This document shows, piece after piece, positions 26,901-37,609 of a DNA stretch of 64,000 nt. Origin of the DNA: Lama glama (Eukaryota); contig CM052817.1 in the NCBI GenBank assembly GCA_028534125.1, positions 34,660,001 through 34,724,000 of the forward strand, given 5' to 3'. The notes under the pieces were generated by a model. It made no database searches. It was not told the origin of the DNA and saw only the letters and a program-made list of their open reading frames with translations. The position numbers and the translations under genes were made by a program. Positions within the stretch are counted from its first letter, which is position 1. Every line of letters starts with the position of its first letter.

Positions 26901-29249
26901 TTGTTTTTCTTAATTTTCTTGATTATTCATTGCAGTGTATACAAATGTCTTCATCAAATTTTTAAGGTCACTTTTTATAGTTTCCTACTCCTTGAAGATA
27001 ATTCCAATTTGGTTTTTTGTTTTTTAAACATAGTAAGCATAGAGGTTTTATAACCTGTTTCTAATCGTTCAGATAATTGAAGTCTCTGCCAGTCTGTTTT
27101 TGTTGGTTGATGTTTATAGTGCCCTATTTCCTTGTGTGCTTGATTACTTTTGACTGACTTCTGCTTAATGTCCTTGAGAATGTATCTGCAAGAATTCTTT
27201 GAGACCTAAAATAAAGATGTATTCCTCCACAGAAGATTCATTATTTCTTCCAAGCACTTATGAGCACTACAATATATAATTAACTTGTAACAAATTTGCA
27301 GTTTGAAGTTTGTTGAACCACTCAGACAACATGCCTTAGGTTCAATCTATGTGAACATTGTCTGATCCACAACTTCTTTGGGATAGGTTTTATTTCTTTT
27401 TGTTTTTTTCTCCCCTGCTAAGCATCAAGACAACTTTCCCTGAATTTCCTTAGACATGAGTTTTTATCTCTGGCTCATACTCTTATTAGTCTCCCATACT
27501 TTGATGAATCATACCTTTTGGTTCCTTCTAACCCTGTGATTATACCCAGGACCAAAATGCAAATTGCTATGATATCCTTGGGGTAAAAGTGGAGTTAAAG
27601 CTCTGGAAATCCATTCACCTAACTGTCTACTTTCCCTTTGATTTTGGTCTCGTAGTTTACTATTATGTTACCTCGGATGCGCTTAAAGAGGTATGTTTTA
27701 CATTCTTGCCAAAATTTTTACCTCTACTCAGTAGAAGAGTTGGTCCAAATAATCTAGCCCACGATCATCAAAATATCCAGCAATTGCCTTAAAAAAAAAT
27801 CATCCCTGAACTTCACATCCCTTACCATCCTCTCTTTTCTCCTTCCTACTCAAACTTCTTAAAGTAATTGTCTATATATGCTGTAACCACTTCTACCTCC
27901 CGTTCATTCTTCAAACTGCTCAAAAAGTTGACTTCTATCTCTAGCATTCCTTTTGAAATTGTTCTGAAGTCACCTAAGAGCTCCATGTTGTTATTTTCAG
28001 TGGATAGTCATTGTATTTGATCCCTTAAGCAGAACTGGGGAGAATTTGTCATTCTTTTCTTGCTGAAACACTTTCTTGATATTCATGACATCACAATACT
28101 TATGGTTTTATTCATACCTCTCTAGCTGCTATTCCTTAACTGATCTAGGAGTTAGTTGCAATAGGATTTAATAGTAAATGCTCTATATTCTGTTTTTCCC
28201 TTTGCTTTTAGAAATCATCTATGAAATTGTAAAAACAGAAATAGGCACAATAATCTATTTGATAAAAGTATTATGGCATTTATCATGACATAAATAGGTA
28301 AATCTGACCCCCTCTTACTCCCCCATAGTAAGCTCTTTTAGAACAAGTCCATAACTACACATAAGCACCAAATAACAGGCTGTTGAATCAATCAATGAAC
28401 AAAGATTAATATGCTGTTGCCTTCACTCTCAATTACACTTCAGGCTATTTCTTGAAGAGCAGATGCGAGATCAGGACTAATCTGCAATGTTTTTACATAG
28501 TGAATAAAACGTTCTTGCTAGGAACCTATTATTAACACAAAAGGAATATGCATAAAAATTATACGTAATTTATGTTCAAAACGTGTTAATAAGTTATACA
28601 GCATACACAATTACCAAAACTAAATATGTAAAACAAGAAAAATAAAGGTTTTAATTTGGGGGAGCAGGTGGGAAAAAGCTGTGTCTGAAGTCAGAAGTAG
28701 ATAATTATAATCCGATAAAAAATGAAAGCACAGGCTTCTAGTTAGTAAGGCAGCTTTAGACAGAGGAACAGCCTTCTTAGGAATTACTGGAAGTCTGAGT
28801 TTTGTGATCACATCGGAGAAACCCCAGGGACTGCTGGTCTTTATCAAGACAGAGGCAAATATGAGGCAAATCTGATCTTTTTTTAATGTGGTGGGGCAGG
28901 ATACTTAAATTGAATTACACTTGGGCTAAAGTTACTGGTCTATTTCTTAAGTCAGAAATAGTGCTGCAGTTAAGATTTCCAGGATTCAGGTGTGAGATGC
29001 AGTTGGAAAGCTTCCTCCAGCGACAAACCCAAGTCTTAATCAAAACACTCATTTGGAAAAATGGCGTTCTCCTAGGGTTAATTTGAATTTCTAGCAAATC
29101 GTGACAGAGACGCACGAAAAGTTTAGCTCTTACCAAAAACAAACGTTAGAACCTAACCCCTGTAGTCCGCCCTCCCGACAGTGCTCAGCTTCAGGCCCAG
29201 CCGGGGCCCCGCTGAGATGCCCCAGGGCAGACGCGACTCCCACCTGCAT
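5806..29249 (-). CDS. PDCL2: Phosducin-like protein 2, partial (exons 1-4): join(29244-29249, 18314-18434, 17655-17745, 5806-5949); 3' exons are outside the window
   Basis: Frame-consistent GT-AG exons translate to [120 protein letters not shown], the PhLP2 N-terminus and start of the thioredoxin-like domain; adjacency to NMU fits PDCL2 rather than PDCL3. Confidence 0.95.
6872..7440 (+). mobile_element. Solo ERV1-type LTR (MER34/MER39-like)
   Basis: Characteristic blocks (aaaccaaccaatccagagccc, gggccaggtaccagacaac, cctaaacctgcttaccctgcc); ends in ...AAAACA; family name from memory. Confidence 0.6.
8283..8768 (-). mobile_element. Solo ERV LTR
   Basis: TG...CA termini, near-TSD aaac/gaac, AATAAA on the minus strand near 8327, MER41-like 'cagcctctcagattgccctgagggactgctc' block. 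Confidence 0.65.
8790..9850 (+). mobile_element. Old L1 3' portion (L1MC-like)
   Basis: L1 ORF2 end and 3'-UTR motifs; ends cttaaaactgctttaaaaaaaaa. Confidence 0.8.
10110..10495 (+). mobile_element. MaLR LTR (MLT1-like)
   Basis: tgtggcaga start, 'ctgcatttgccagcttcccttgcggttag' and 'tttgttacagcaactagc' end motifs. Confidence 0.65.
11760..13560 (-). mobile_element. Old L1 fragments (L1MB-like, nested)
   Basis: Antisense L1 ORF2/3' motifs; ORF 13173-13364 resembles ORF2 (INSKWIKDLN-like). Confidence 0.85.
13689..14266 (+). mobile_element. Solo ERV LTR (578 bp) inserted into an old L1
   Basis: TG...CA termini with perfect 5-bp TSD aagta (13684-13688, 14267-14271); internal CCAAT, TATA-like and AATAAA (about 14090). 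Confidence 0.8.
14270..17060 (-). mobile_element. Highly decayed L1 fragments (ORF1/5' region and L1MC-type 3' region)
   Basis: T-rich antisense L1 motifs such as 'aaatttgggaagttttcagtcact'; boundaries approximate. Confidence 0.55.
17655..17745 (-). CDS. PDCL2: PDCL2 exon 3 ([31 protein letters not shown])
   Basis: Acceptor ttgttttag|, donor |gtacag; 91 nt. Confidence 0.95.
18314..18434 (-). CDS. PDCL2: PDCL2 exon 2 ([40 protein letters not shown])
   Basis: Acceptor aatatag|, donor |gtatag; 121 nt. Confidence 0.95.
19010..19561 (+). mobile_element. MaLR LTR (MLT1-like)
   Basis: Typical 3' end 'gagataataaatgtgttattttaac...atttgttatgcaacaatgcataaataataca'. Confidence 0.75.
21818..22680 (+). 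mobile_element. MLT1-type LTR containing a nested, opposite-orientation MaLR LTR (about 22060-22448)
   Basis: Outer MLT1 end 'tatgagataataaatacttgttg'; inner 'tctcacagtcctggaggctggaagtctgagatcaag...tctccaaatacagtca' antisense MaLR motifs. Confidence 0.7.
22810..23270 (-). mobile_element. L1 3' end (lineage-specific type)
   Basis: Poly-T followed by 'aattgaagtatagtcagattacaatgttgtg...tagattccacatataagtgat'; similar to 62185-62880. Confidence 0.8.
23900..26960 (-). mobile_element. Old L1 (L1MB-like) interrupted by nested L1MC-like 3' fragments (about 24830-25970) and by the U2 retrocopy
   Basis: ORF2-like peptides on the minus strand ([28 protein letters not shown]). Confidence 0.85.
24410..24445 (-). 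pseudogene. 3'-truncated (tailless) U2 snRNA retropseudogene, first 36 nt
   Basis: Minus strand ATTGCTTCTTGGCCTTTTGGCTAAGATCAGGAGTAG versus U2 5' end ATCGCTTCTCGGCCTTTTGGCTAAGATCAAGTGTAG (32/36). Flanked by a 14-bp TSD, ctgctttcagttct (24398-24411) / ctgatttcagttct (24446-24459). Confidence 0.9.
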
Positions 29250-29700
29250 GGTGTTCCGCCTCGCTTCTCACGCACAGGCGTCGTCCTACCCCTTGCGGGG
29301 ACTCCTGACTCGGATGCCCCTCAAGGCGGCAAGGGAGCCCGCCGCGCTTCTAGCGGTTCCCGCCGCCCATCGAGAGGGGCAGGGGAGAACAAGAGCCTCT
29401 CACGCTGTGCGCTTGGCGCCGCTCTGTTGCCAGGCAACGCGGGGGCGTGGCCCAGGAGGTGGCTGTGGGTACTGACGCACCTGGGTCTTGGGCATGTACC
29501 CCAAGCGGTGCCTCTCCTGTTCGTGGTGTTGATACTGGTGCTGGTCACGTTCAGAACCAGCAAGGCTCAGAGCCAGACTCCAACCTGGAAGATTTCTACT
29601 AGGCCCCTGCTCTCCCAGGGGCTGAGGGCGGCGGGCGGCATAGGGGGTATAGCCTCTGTTGTTAAGCACATCTGGTGTTGCAGTCTGCGTGAGTTTTGGG
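29150..29700 (-). promoter_or_regulatory. PDCL2 CpG-rich promoter with RFX X-box GTTGCCAGGCAAC (29426-29438), E2F-type TTCCCGCC (29357-29364) and half-CRE TGACG (29473-29477)
   Basis: Local GC/CpG enrichment around the PDCL2 start codon; motifs read directly. Confidence 0.75.
29244..29249 (-). CDS. PDCL2: PDCL2 exon 1 coding part (MQ)
   Basis: acaccATGCAG|gtggga within a CpG island; phase 0 matches exon 2. Confidence 0.85.
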
Positions 29701-29705
29701 TCAGG

Positions 29706-29745
29706 TGTGTGTGTGTGTGTGTGTGCGTGTTTGTGTGTGTGTGTG
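29706..29745. repeat. (TG)n microsatellite, interrupted, upstream of PDCL2
   Basis: Direct reading. Confidence 0.9.
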
Positions 29746-30619
29746 TTTTTAAGGACCAGATTCTCAAATGGCTCTCCACCCACATCTTAAAAACCCTCTG
29801 CCTTTGGAGGCAGGAGCTCTATCTTTATGTAAAAAACCTAGACAGTTAGGTTCCTTGGTGTTTAGAGTAAGGAAAGGATGTTTACTGGGAGCTGCCAGCA
29901 ACATGAGGAAAACATCTAGTGTTATTGCCAAATAGTTATATGCGTGGTCATAGAGATATAATAGGATTTGGAAAAGAAGGGGAAAACATGTTTTTAGTGA
30001 TCCAATTTTAAACTTGGGCTCAGCATTGGACCATTCCATCTGTAGTGCTCGGTTAATACAAATCCTACACTCCTAATAGCCTATATGTTTTGTTGTACTT
30101 GTGTGATATGAATGTGTTTAAACATAAACTATTTTGAAACATCCCACCATTTTTATAATCTTGTTTTGGTATATTTTCTTCTCTTCCTCCTCCCCCTTCC
30201 TCTTCCCCTCCTCCTTCCATTTAATATTATGGGAGCACCCCAAAATGTAAGAGGCCTAAGTCTCTCTAGATTTCTGAGAGGCCCTGGGAATTGCTGCTTA
30301 AATTAGCAGTGAAGCCCCTTTCTTATTCTGACAATCCAAAATCCAGGCCGGTTGCATTACACACCACTAGCTAATGTTTTCGTTGCCCTATTATGCACTT
30401 ATGGCTTTAGAGCAGGAGGCCCTTTCTGTCTCAAGTCCCCATCTCATCAATGTAATTCATTTTTTAAGGGGGGCAAATAACATTTTCTTTCTTTCCAATT
30501 GAATAAATAGTTCATACTTATCATAAAACATTTAAATAATATACCAAAGTCCATGAAAAAAGTAAAAATTGCCTGGAGTCCCACCATCCCCCTTTATACA
30601 GACAGCAGACATCATGCCT

Positions 30620-30830
30620 GTGAGCCAACTCTGGTGTTGAATTTCAGCTTTATCACTTACTGGGCTTGCCTGAATAATTACTTAATTCTCTGATCCTCAG
30701 TTTTCCCATCTATAGAGTGGGGATAATAAAAGAACATGTTATCAGGTAGTTGTCAGGGGATTAGATGAATTAATATTTATAAAACACTTAAAATCATGAC
30801 TGGTGCATGATAAGCATTATGTAAATATGT
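30620..30830 (+). mobile_element. MIR SINE (similar decayed MIRs at about 6290-6720, 40290-40520 and 45470-45660)
   Basis: MIR core 'ttacttaattctctgatcctcagttttcccatctatagagtggggataataa'. Confidence 0.65.
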
Positions 30831-32149
30831 ACTGAATCTTGAAAAAATACAGTATGTACTGAATCTTAAAAAAATACATTTGTGCTCCCCCTGCCCACCC
30901 CCACGCCCTCCCCAATATTAGCCAATATTAGGATCTGCTGTGGATCCTTCATGATTTTTCTCTCTGGCCCAGAAATCATGTATGGTTGTTAGTAACTGCA
31001 TGCTTTATAAAAATGCGTTCATATGACACACATTCTCTCTGGAACATGACTTTTTTTTCACGTACAATACCAAGATGGTGGAATCTGCTCCGCCAAGTTA
31101 ATTTGTATCAACGAACGACTACATAATAATTCCGTGGCAAAGATGTAAATCCTTTTATATAACCATTCCCTTATCATGGCCATTTTCTTTGCTGGAAATT
31201 TCTGAGCATTAAAACATTACATTGGAAAAGCCGGGAAGAGGCCAATCTGATTAATTATACTTCCAAACTTGAGGAAGCTTTGGGGGCTGAGCTATGGATT
31301 CAATGCATATGGCAAGAGCTTCATTTTGAGTTAATTCATTTTTTTAAAAAGGGTGTACTTTTTGTTCTCTTCTGCTCCTTCTTATGTTCTTCACATGGGT
31401 TGATAAGAATTGAAATTCAGGGATTTTGTTAGTAAAAGGCATAATTTAAGCTATAGTTAGTGGTCAATGTTAGTAAGACAAAGGCTTATTAGATACTCTA
31501 CTCTGAAGAATATAAACCTAATGCTACCCACACGGAGAGCCGCCCTTCTTTAATCAGCCAGCAACCTGCTTGGTAGAGAAGGTGGTTATCCAAGAGATAG
31601 GGTTGCAAGGGAAAACTCAGGGGAACCTGAAGGGAGATAATTTCAACATCCATCTGAGGTTCACTGTGTCCATTAAACATGGTTTGATGTAAAAAGTTCA
31701 CCCACTGTGTTCATGATCCCCTACGAGTAAGGTTGTTTTCTTTCTGGTAATGGACAAGGCTGGTTGCCTTTCAGATGTTGCAGGATGAAACAACTTATTT
31801 TAAGATAAACTGAATACTATTACTTGGTAGAAAAAGCTGGTCTCATGATTTGTTTGTAGCAGTCAGACATCTATTTTACAGTATGTAAATCAGAACTTGC
31901 TTATTGGACTTTTGGATGAATCATGGCCAAATCCTCCAACTAGTATAGTTTTAGTTAGTACTCACATTCTAAGATTACACCTATTGGGCATTCTGGTATT
32001 TTATAAGAGCTGGTGATTTTGTCACTGATGAAATCCAAATAAGATAAACTAAAATACCTCATTAAAACTCAACTCTCTACTAAGCGCCTTTAATAAAAAT
32101 AACAAAAGAGCATTGTATACGAGTTCCATCAGAAGCTTCAGGGATCTAA

Positions 32150-32394
32150 GGAACATTATTATTTACAGATTTATTACACACTATTTATCATTACAGCACT
32201 AAGAAAAAATATTTTAAGATGCTTTTTTAAATTTTCAACACATTAAACATTTACAATCTCAACGTTTACGGAGAATGTTTACAACACAGGGATTCTCAAA
32301 TCTGTAAACTTAGCAAGGATAGTTTTTGAGAAGAAAAAAATGTCAGTACATTTTGTATTCCATGGCATTGCTTCTGCAGAAAATAGTTGTCATC
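32150..32394 (-). other. NMU: NMU exon 10 (non-coding 3' UTR); 3' end approximate
   Basis: Strong acceptor (T-run aacag|gatg). Sequence 'caatgccatggaatacaaaatgtactgacatttt' resembles the human NMU 3' UTR as I recall it. AATAAA on the minus strand at 32170-32175. Confidence 0.8.
32170..32175 (-). terminator. Candidate NMU polyadenylation signal AATAAA
   Basis: tttatt on + at 32170-32175, about 220 nt into the last exon; an alternative ATTAAA lies at 32088-32093. Confidence 0.5.
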
Positions 32395-33565
32395 CTGTTA
32401 AAAAAAAAACTGAATTTAGAGTCAAATATAAATGGTATGTGAATGTATGTATGTAACAAGTATAAATATAATCTATATATACTTCCTTGTAGATAGACAT
32501 TTCTATAAATACTTTGTCACGTATGATAAAATTGACATCTGAAGTATTTCTCAGCTATTCTTTAATCTGCATATTTTTAACTGTCATTTAATCTCTCCCT
32601 GATGAAGCACTTTTTCTGTATGCCTGTATTTTCCAAAGTTTTGTTTTATTTAACTACATAAAAGAGGTTTCCTGAAGCTCATTGATACCAATAAGATTTA
32701 TGAATAAAATGTTGCAGTTATTCTTTGGGTATCTGCAATTAAATCATCCTATTCTACATCTAAACACATTCTAAATATAAGTTATAAGGACAGAGTAAGA
32801 CCTCAGATAATCAGGTGAGCAAAACAAAGAAAAATGATTATTGAACTATTTCTCTGTTGACAAAATAAAATTGAAATCTTCAGTGAATTAGCACATGTGG
32901 GCCCTAATGTGGGAAACAACCCAAATAAAGCTCTTTTTCACAATTTCAGAGGTATTTTTTACTAACTTGATCAAACCATGGATTATTTTCCACTTCACAT
33001 TTATGACCACTCTAACACTTAATTTGGTATTATAATCATGACATTTTTACCATTTAGTATTAAACTGTTTTTGTTCACATTTTGTAAATGCCTCTACATT
33101 TGTAATATTATAAAAGATAGTTTCTTTTCCATCAACTTTTATTCTTAGTTCCTTGAAAAAAGAACAAATTAGGAATATGTTTGCTCATGTTCTTAATGTG
33201 AACATAATATGCCTTTGTCAAAACGTTAGTTAATACTAAATATAATTTGAAAATTCAAGTTCCTAATTATGCCCTATGAGCACATTAAATTTGTTCTTCA
33301 GTTTTCCAATATTAATAACTTTTATTTCTTTCTCATCTAACTGAATTGGTTAATGCATTAGAACTACATGAAATAAAAGGGGACAAAGCATCCTTGTTTT
33401 GTTTCTAATGTTAATAGAAATGCTCCAAAATGTTTTACTATCAAGCCTTCTACTGACATTGTTTGAGACCGTTAAATAAATATTGTTAATAAAGATTCAT
33501 CTCTTTCTATAGGATCTTCTTTGAAAATATCAGAAATTTATGTGGAACTTTACCAAAAGCTTCTA

Positions 33566-35877
33566 CAGGCATTCCTCAGATATTGCAGGTTCGGTCCCAG
33601 AAAATTTTGCAATAAAGCAAGCCACACAAACTTTTTGGTCTCCTGGTGCATATAAAAGTTATGTTTATACTATACAATAGTTTATTAAGTGTGTAATAGC
33701 ATTTTGTCTAAAAAAAACTAATGTACATACCTTAATTAAAAAACACTGTCTTACTAAAAATTGCTAACCAGCATCTGAACCTTTGCTGAGTCATAAGCTC
33801 TTTGCTGGTGAGGGTCTTGCCTCAATGTTGATGAATCCTTGAGGGATCAGGGTGTTAGTTGCTGAAGGCTGGGGTGGCTGTGGCAATTTCTTAAAATGAG
33901 ATAACAATGAATTTTGCGGCATCATTTGACTCTTCCTTTCAGGAACAATTTCTCTGTAGCATGCAATGCTGTTTAATGGTATTTTACTCACAGTGGAACT
34001 TCTTTCAAAATTAGAGTCAATCCTCTCAAACTCTGTCAACTGCTTTATCAACTAAGCTTCGTAATATTCTAAATCCTTGTCATTAAAATTGTCATTTCAA
34101 TAATCTTCACAGCATCTTCACCGGGAATAGATTCCATCTCAAGAAACCACTTTCTCCACTCAGCCTTAAGAAGCAACTCCTCATCTGTTAAAGATTTAGC
34201 ATAAGATTGCAGCAATTCAGTCACATCTTCAGGCTCCACTTCTAACTAGTTCTCTTGCTATTTCCACCACATCTGCAGTTACTTCCTCCACTGAAGCCTT
34301 GAATCCCTCAAAGTCAGTCATGAGGGTTGGAATCAGCTTCTTCCAAATTCCCATTAATATTTTGACTTTTTCCCATGAATCATAAATGTTCTTAATGGCG
34401 TCTAGAAAGATGAATCCTTTCCAGCAGATTTTCAATTTACTTTGTCCAGATTCCCCAGAGGAATCACTGTTTATGGCAGCTATCACCTTACAAAATGTAT
34501 TTCTTAATTAATAAAAACTTGAAAGTCTAAAGTATTCCTTGATCCATGGGGCGCTGTGTTAACATCTCCATCAGATCCCTTAGGTGACCAGGTACATTGT
34601 CAATTAGCAGTAATATTTTGAAAGGAATCTTTTTTTCTGAGCAGAAAGTCTCAACACTGGGCTTAAAACAGTCAGTAAACCATGTTTCATAAGATGTGCT
34701 GCCATCCAGGCTCTGCTGCTCCATTTACAGAGAACAGGCAGAATAGATTCAGCATAATCTTAAGGGCCTTAGGATCTTTAGGATGGTAAATGAGCACTGG
34801 CTTCCTTTTACAGTCACCAGCCACACTAGCTCCTAAAAAGAGAGTCAGCTTGTTCTTTGAAGCTATGAGGCTTCTCTCTAGCTTTGAAAGTCCTAGATGG
34901 CATCTTCTTCCAATAGAAAGTTGTTTTGTCTGCATCAAAAATCTGTTGTTTAATGTAGCCACCTTCATGAACGATCTGAGCTAAATCTCCTGGATAACTT
35001 GCTGCAGTTTCTCCATCAGCACTTGCTGCTTCAACTTGAAGAGAAGCTTCTTTCCTTAAACCTCATGAACCAACCTCTGCTAGCTTCAGACTTTTCTTCT
35101 GCAGCTTCCTCACCTCTCAGCCTTCAGAGAACTGAAAAGGGTTATGACCTTGCTCTGGATTAGGGTCTGGTTCAAGGGACTGTTGTAGCTGGTTTGATCT
35201 TCCGCCCAGACCGCGACACTTTCTTCATATGAGCAATAAGGCTAATTTGCTTTCTTATCATTCATGTGTTCACTGGAGTAGCACTTTTAATTTCTTTCAA
35301 GAAATTTTCCTTTGCATTCACAACTTGGATAACTGGCTCAAGAGGCCTGGCCTTTGGCCTGTCTCAGCTTTTGACATGCCTGCCTCACTAACCTTAATCA
35401 TTTCTAGCTTTTGATTTAAAATGAGAGACATGCAACTCTTCCTTTCACTTTAGACCTTAGAGGCCACTGTAGGGTTATTAATTTGGCCTAATTTAAATAT
35501 TGTTGTGTCTCAGGTAATAGGGAGGCCCAAAGGGAGGGGGAGAGATGGAGGAATGGATGAGGATTGGAGCAGGCAGAACACACACAACATTTATCAAGTT
35601 TGTCGTCTTACATGGGCGTGGATTATGGCGACCCCAAACAATTACAATTGTAACATCAAAGATCACAGATCACAGATCATAACAAATAGAATGATAATGA
35701 AAGTGTGAAATACTGCAAGAATTACCAAAATGTGACATAAGACATGAAGTGAGGAAATGCTGTTGAAAAAATGGTGCTGATAGACTTGCTCAACACAGGC
35801 CACAGAACTACAAATTGTAAAAAACACTGTATCTGCGGTGCAATAAAGCAAAGCGCAATAAAACAGAGGGATGCCTG
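33566..35877 (-). mobile_element. Near full-length, decayed Tigger1 (TcMar/pogo) DNA transposon in NMU intron 9
   Basis: Terminal inverted repeats CAGGCATTCCTC... / ...GAGGGATGCCTG with TA on both sides (33564-33565, 35878-35879). Minus-strand ORF fragments resemble pogo transposase (e.g. [29 protein letters not shown]); many frameshifts. Confidence 0.92.
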
Positions 35878-37573
35878 TATTGAGTTGATTGCGTAATTTT
35901 TTTTCTAATAGTGAAAAGATTTTAATAGGCTTCCTAATGTTGAACGATCTTAGTTGCTGGAATGAAGTTCACTTCATGGGGTCATATCATTTTTCAATAT
36001 ATTGCTATTTTAAATGTTTGCACTGATGTTTATAAACAGGATTCACCTACAGTTTCCTTTTTCATACTAATGTAAGGTTTTGTTATCAGTATTTGCTGAC
36101 TTCATAAAAAATATTTTGAGGTTTTTTTCTTCCTTCTCTGAGGTGGAAAAATACAAAAAATCTCTTGGCCTAGTATTTTTGAGGGGAGAGTTTCTAGGTA
36201 ATGTTCTCCATTTTTCTTCTCCCATGACCATCAGTATTTAGATTTATTTCTCTCTTCTGAGGTCAATTTTGGTAGCACCTACTTTATTATATAATCCTCC
36301 ATTTTATCTAGGTTTTCAAACTTTTTGGCACAGAGATTTGCAAAGTACTCTTGTGATTCCCATTTTTTTCTGTATCTGCTCTAATCTCCCTCTTTTCATT
36401 TGTATTTTTGTGTATATATATATGGTTGCTCCCTTTTTATAGATTAGGTTAGGCTCATTAGGCTAGTATATTTCTTTTTTTTTCCAAAGAATCAGATTTT
36501 TGGTTTATTTTTCAATTTTTGCTTTTTACTATAATTAATTAATTTCATCTTTCATTTTATAATTTTTATCCTCTGCTTCCTGAAGTTCACTATGTTGTTT
36601 TCTTTTTAACTTACTGACTTAAATTCTTAATTCACTCACTCTTTCTTGCTTGACCATGTTTAAAGTGTAAAAAGTGTTTGAATTTTCCACAGAATATGGC
36701 TTTGTCAGAGTCCCATAAGTATTACAATGCAGTGTTTTCATTGTCTTCATTTTCTAGCTATTGTATAATTTTGATGTCATCTTCTTTAGATAGAAAGTGT
36801 GTTTTGATTTTTGTTTCTATGAGAAAATATTAAGCATTTTAACATTCTTTTGCTAAATATGTATTTAAGGTTGAGATAAATGATATGAATGAAATATTTG
36901 CAAAAATACATTCAGCATAGAAGCTGTATTTAGGACTGCATAAAGTTACTAGAATATTTTTTATTTCTGTGATATAAATTTTTCAGTGTGTATTTGCATT
37001 TAACTTTAAAATTCATATTTATTAAACATGTAGGGCCATTCAATAGCTACTAAGTGTCTACTATATCTCCAGCATTGACGTGGAAACTCTGGGAGTCCCA
37101 TAGTAGAAGTTATGCTCTCTTGTCTTTCTACATTTTCTTAGTTCTCTAGTAATGGTAAATCACAGCTCTTATACAGAGTTTTGAATACAGGTCATTTGGA
37201 AGACAGAAATGCTTTCGGCTGTAAGTTCTGGCCTACTGTTACAGACACTGATAAGCACAATGAGAACATGATCCCTAACATATTCTTCTTGCACAGTAAA
37301 TGATGATCAGGTCAATGTCTGCAAAATTGATGATGACTACTGCATCACAGTGTGAGGAACGCATGACACGGGCAAAGCAAATCTGCCCCTAAAACACTAG
37401 TATTTTCCATCACACGAAGTCCTCACAGCCCCTATATTTGTAGTATTTATATAGAATATTAATGTATACATGCAATTAAGTAATAGAAATACACTGAGCA
37501 CAGTTTACTTTGTGAAGATCTGAAAAATGACAAAAAATTTCAAACTGAGTTGAATTGTGAAGCACATACCATT

Positions 37574-37609
37574 TTAAATATAACCTTCTGACCTTCTTCC
37601 ATTGCGTGG
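37574..37609 (-). CDS. NMU: NMU exon 9 coding part ([11 protein letters not shown]); the exon continues 4 nt to 37570
   Basis: Acceptor ttttccag|; PRN-G-RR amidation/cleavage signal; TAA at 37574-37576; donor |gtatgt at 37569. Confidence 0.96.
   Translation of the reverse strand, partial: PRNGRRSEGYI

Noticed and set aside
29101..29849. Long overlapping ORFs (124-222 aa) at the PDCL2 promoter
   Set aside because: CpG-island composition; they run through a (TG)n repeat and show no recognisable protein similarity
30826..30878. 27-bp-period tandem duplication (tatgtactgaatctt(g/a)aaaaaataca x2)
   Set aside because: Only two copies with no spacers; ordinary local duplication, not a CRISPR-like array
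33791..34968. Possible domesticated TIGD-like transposase gene
   Set aside because: Broken into several frames with stops; a decayed Tigger1
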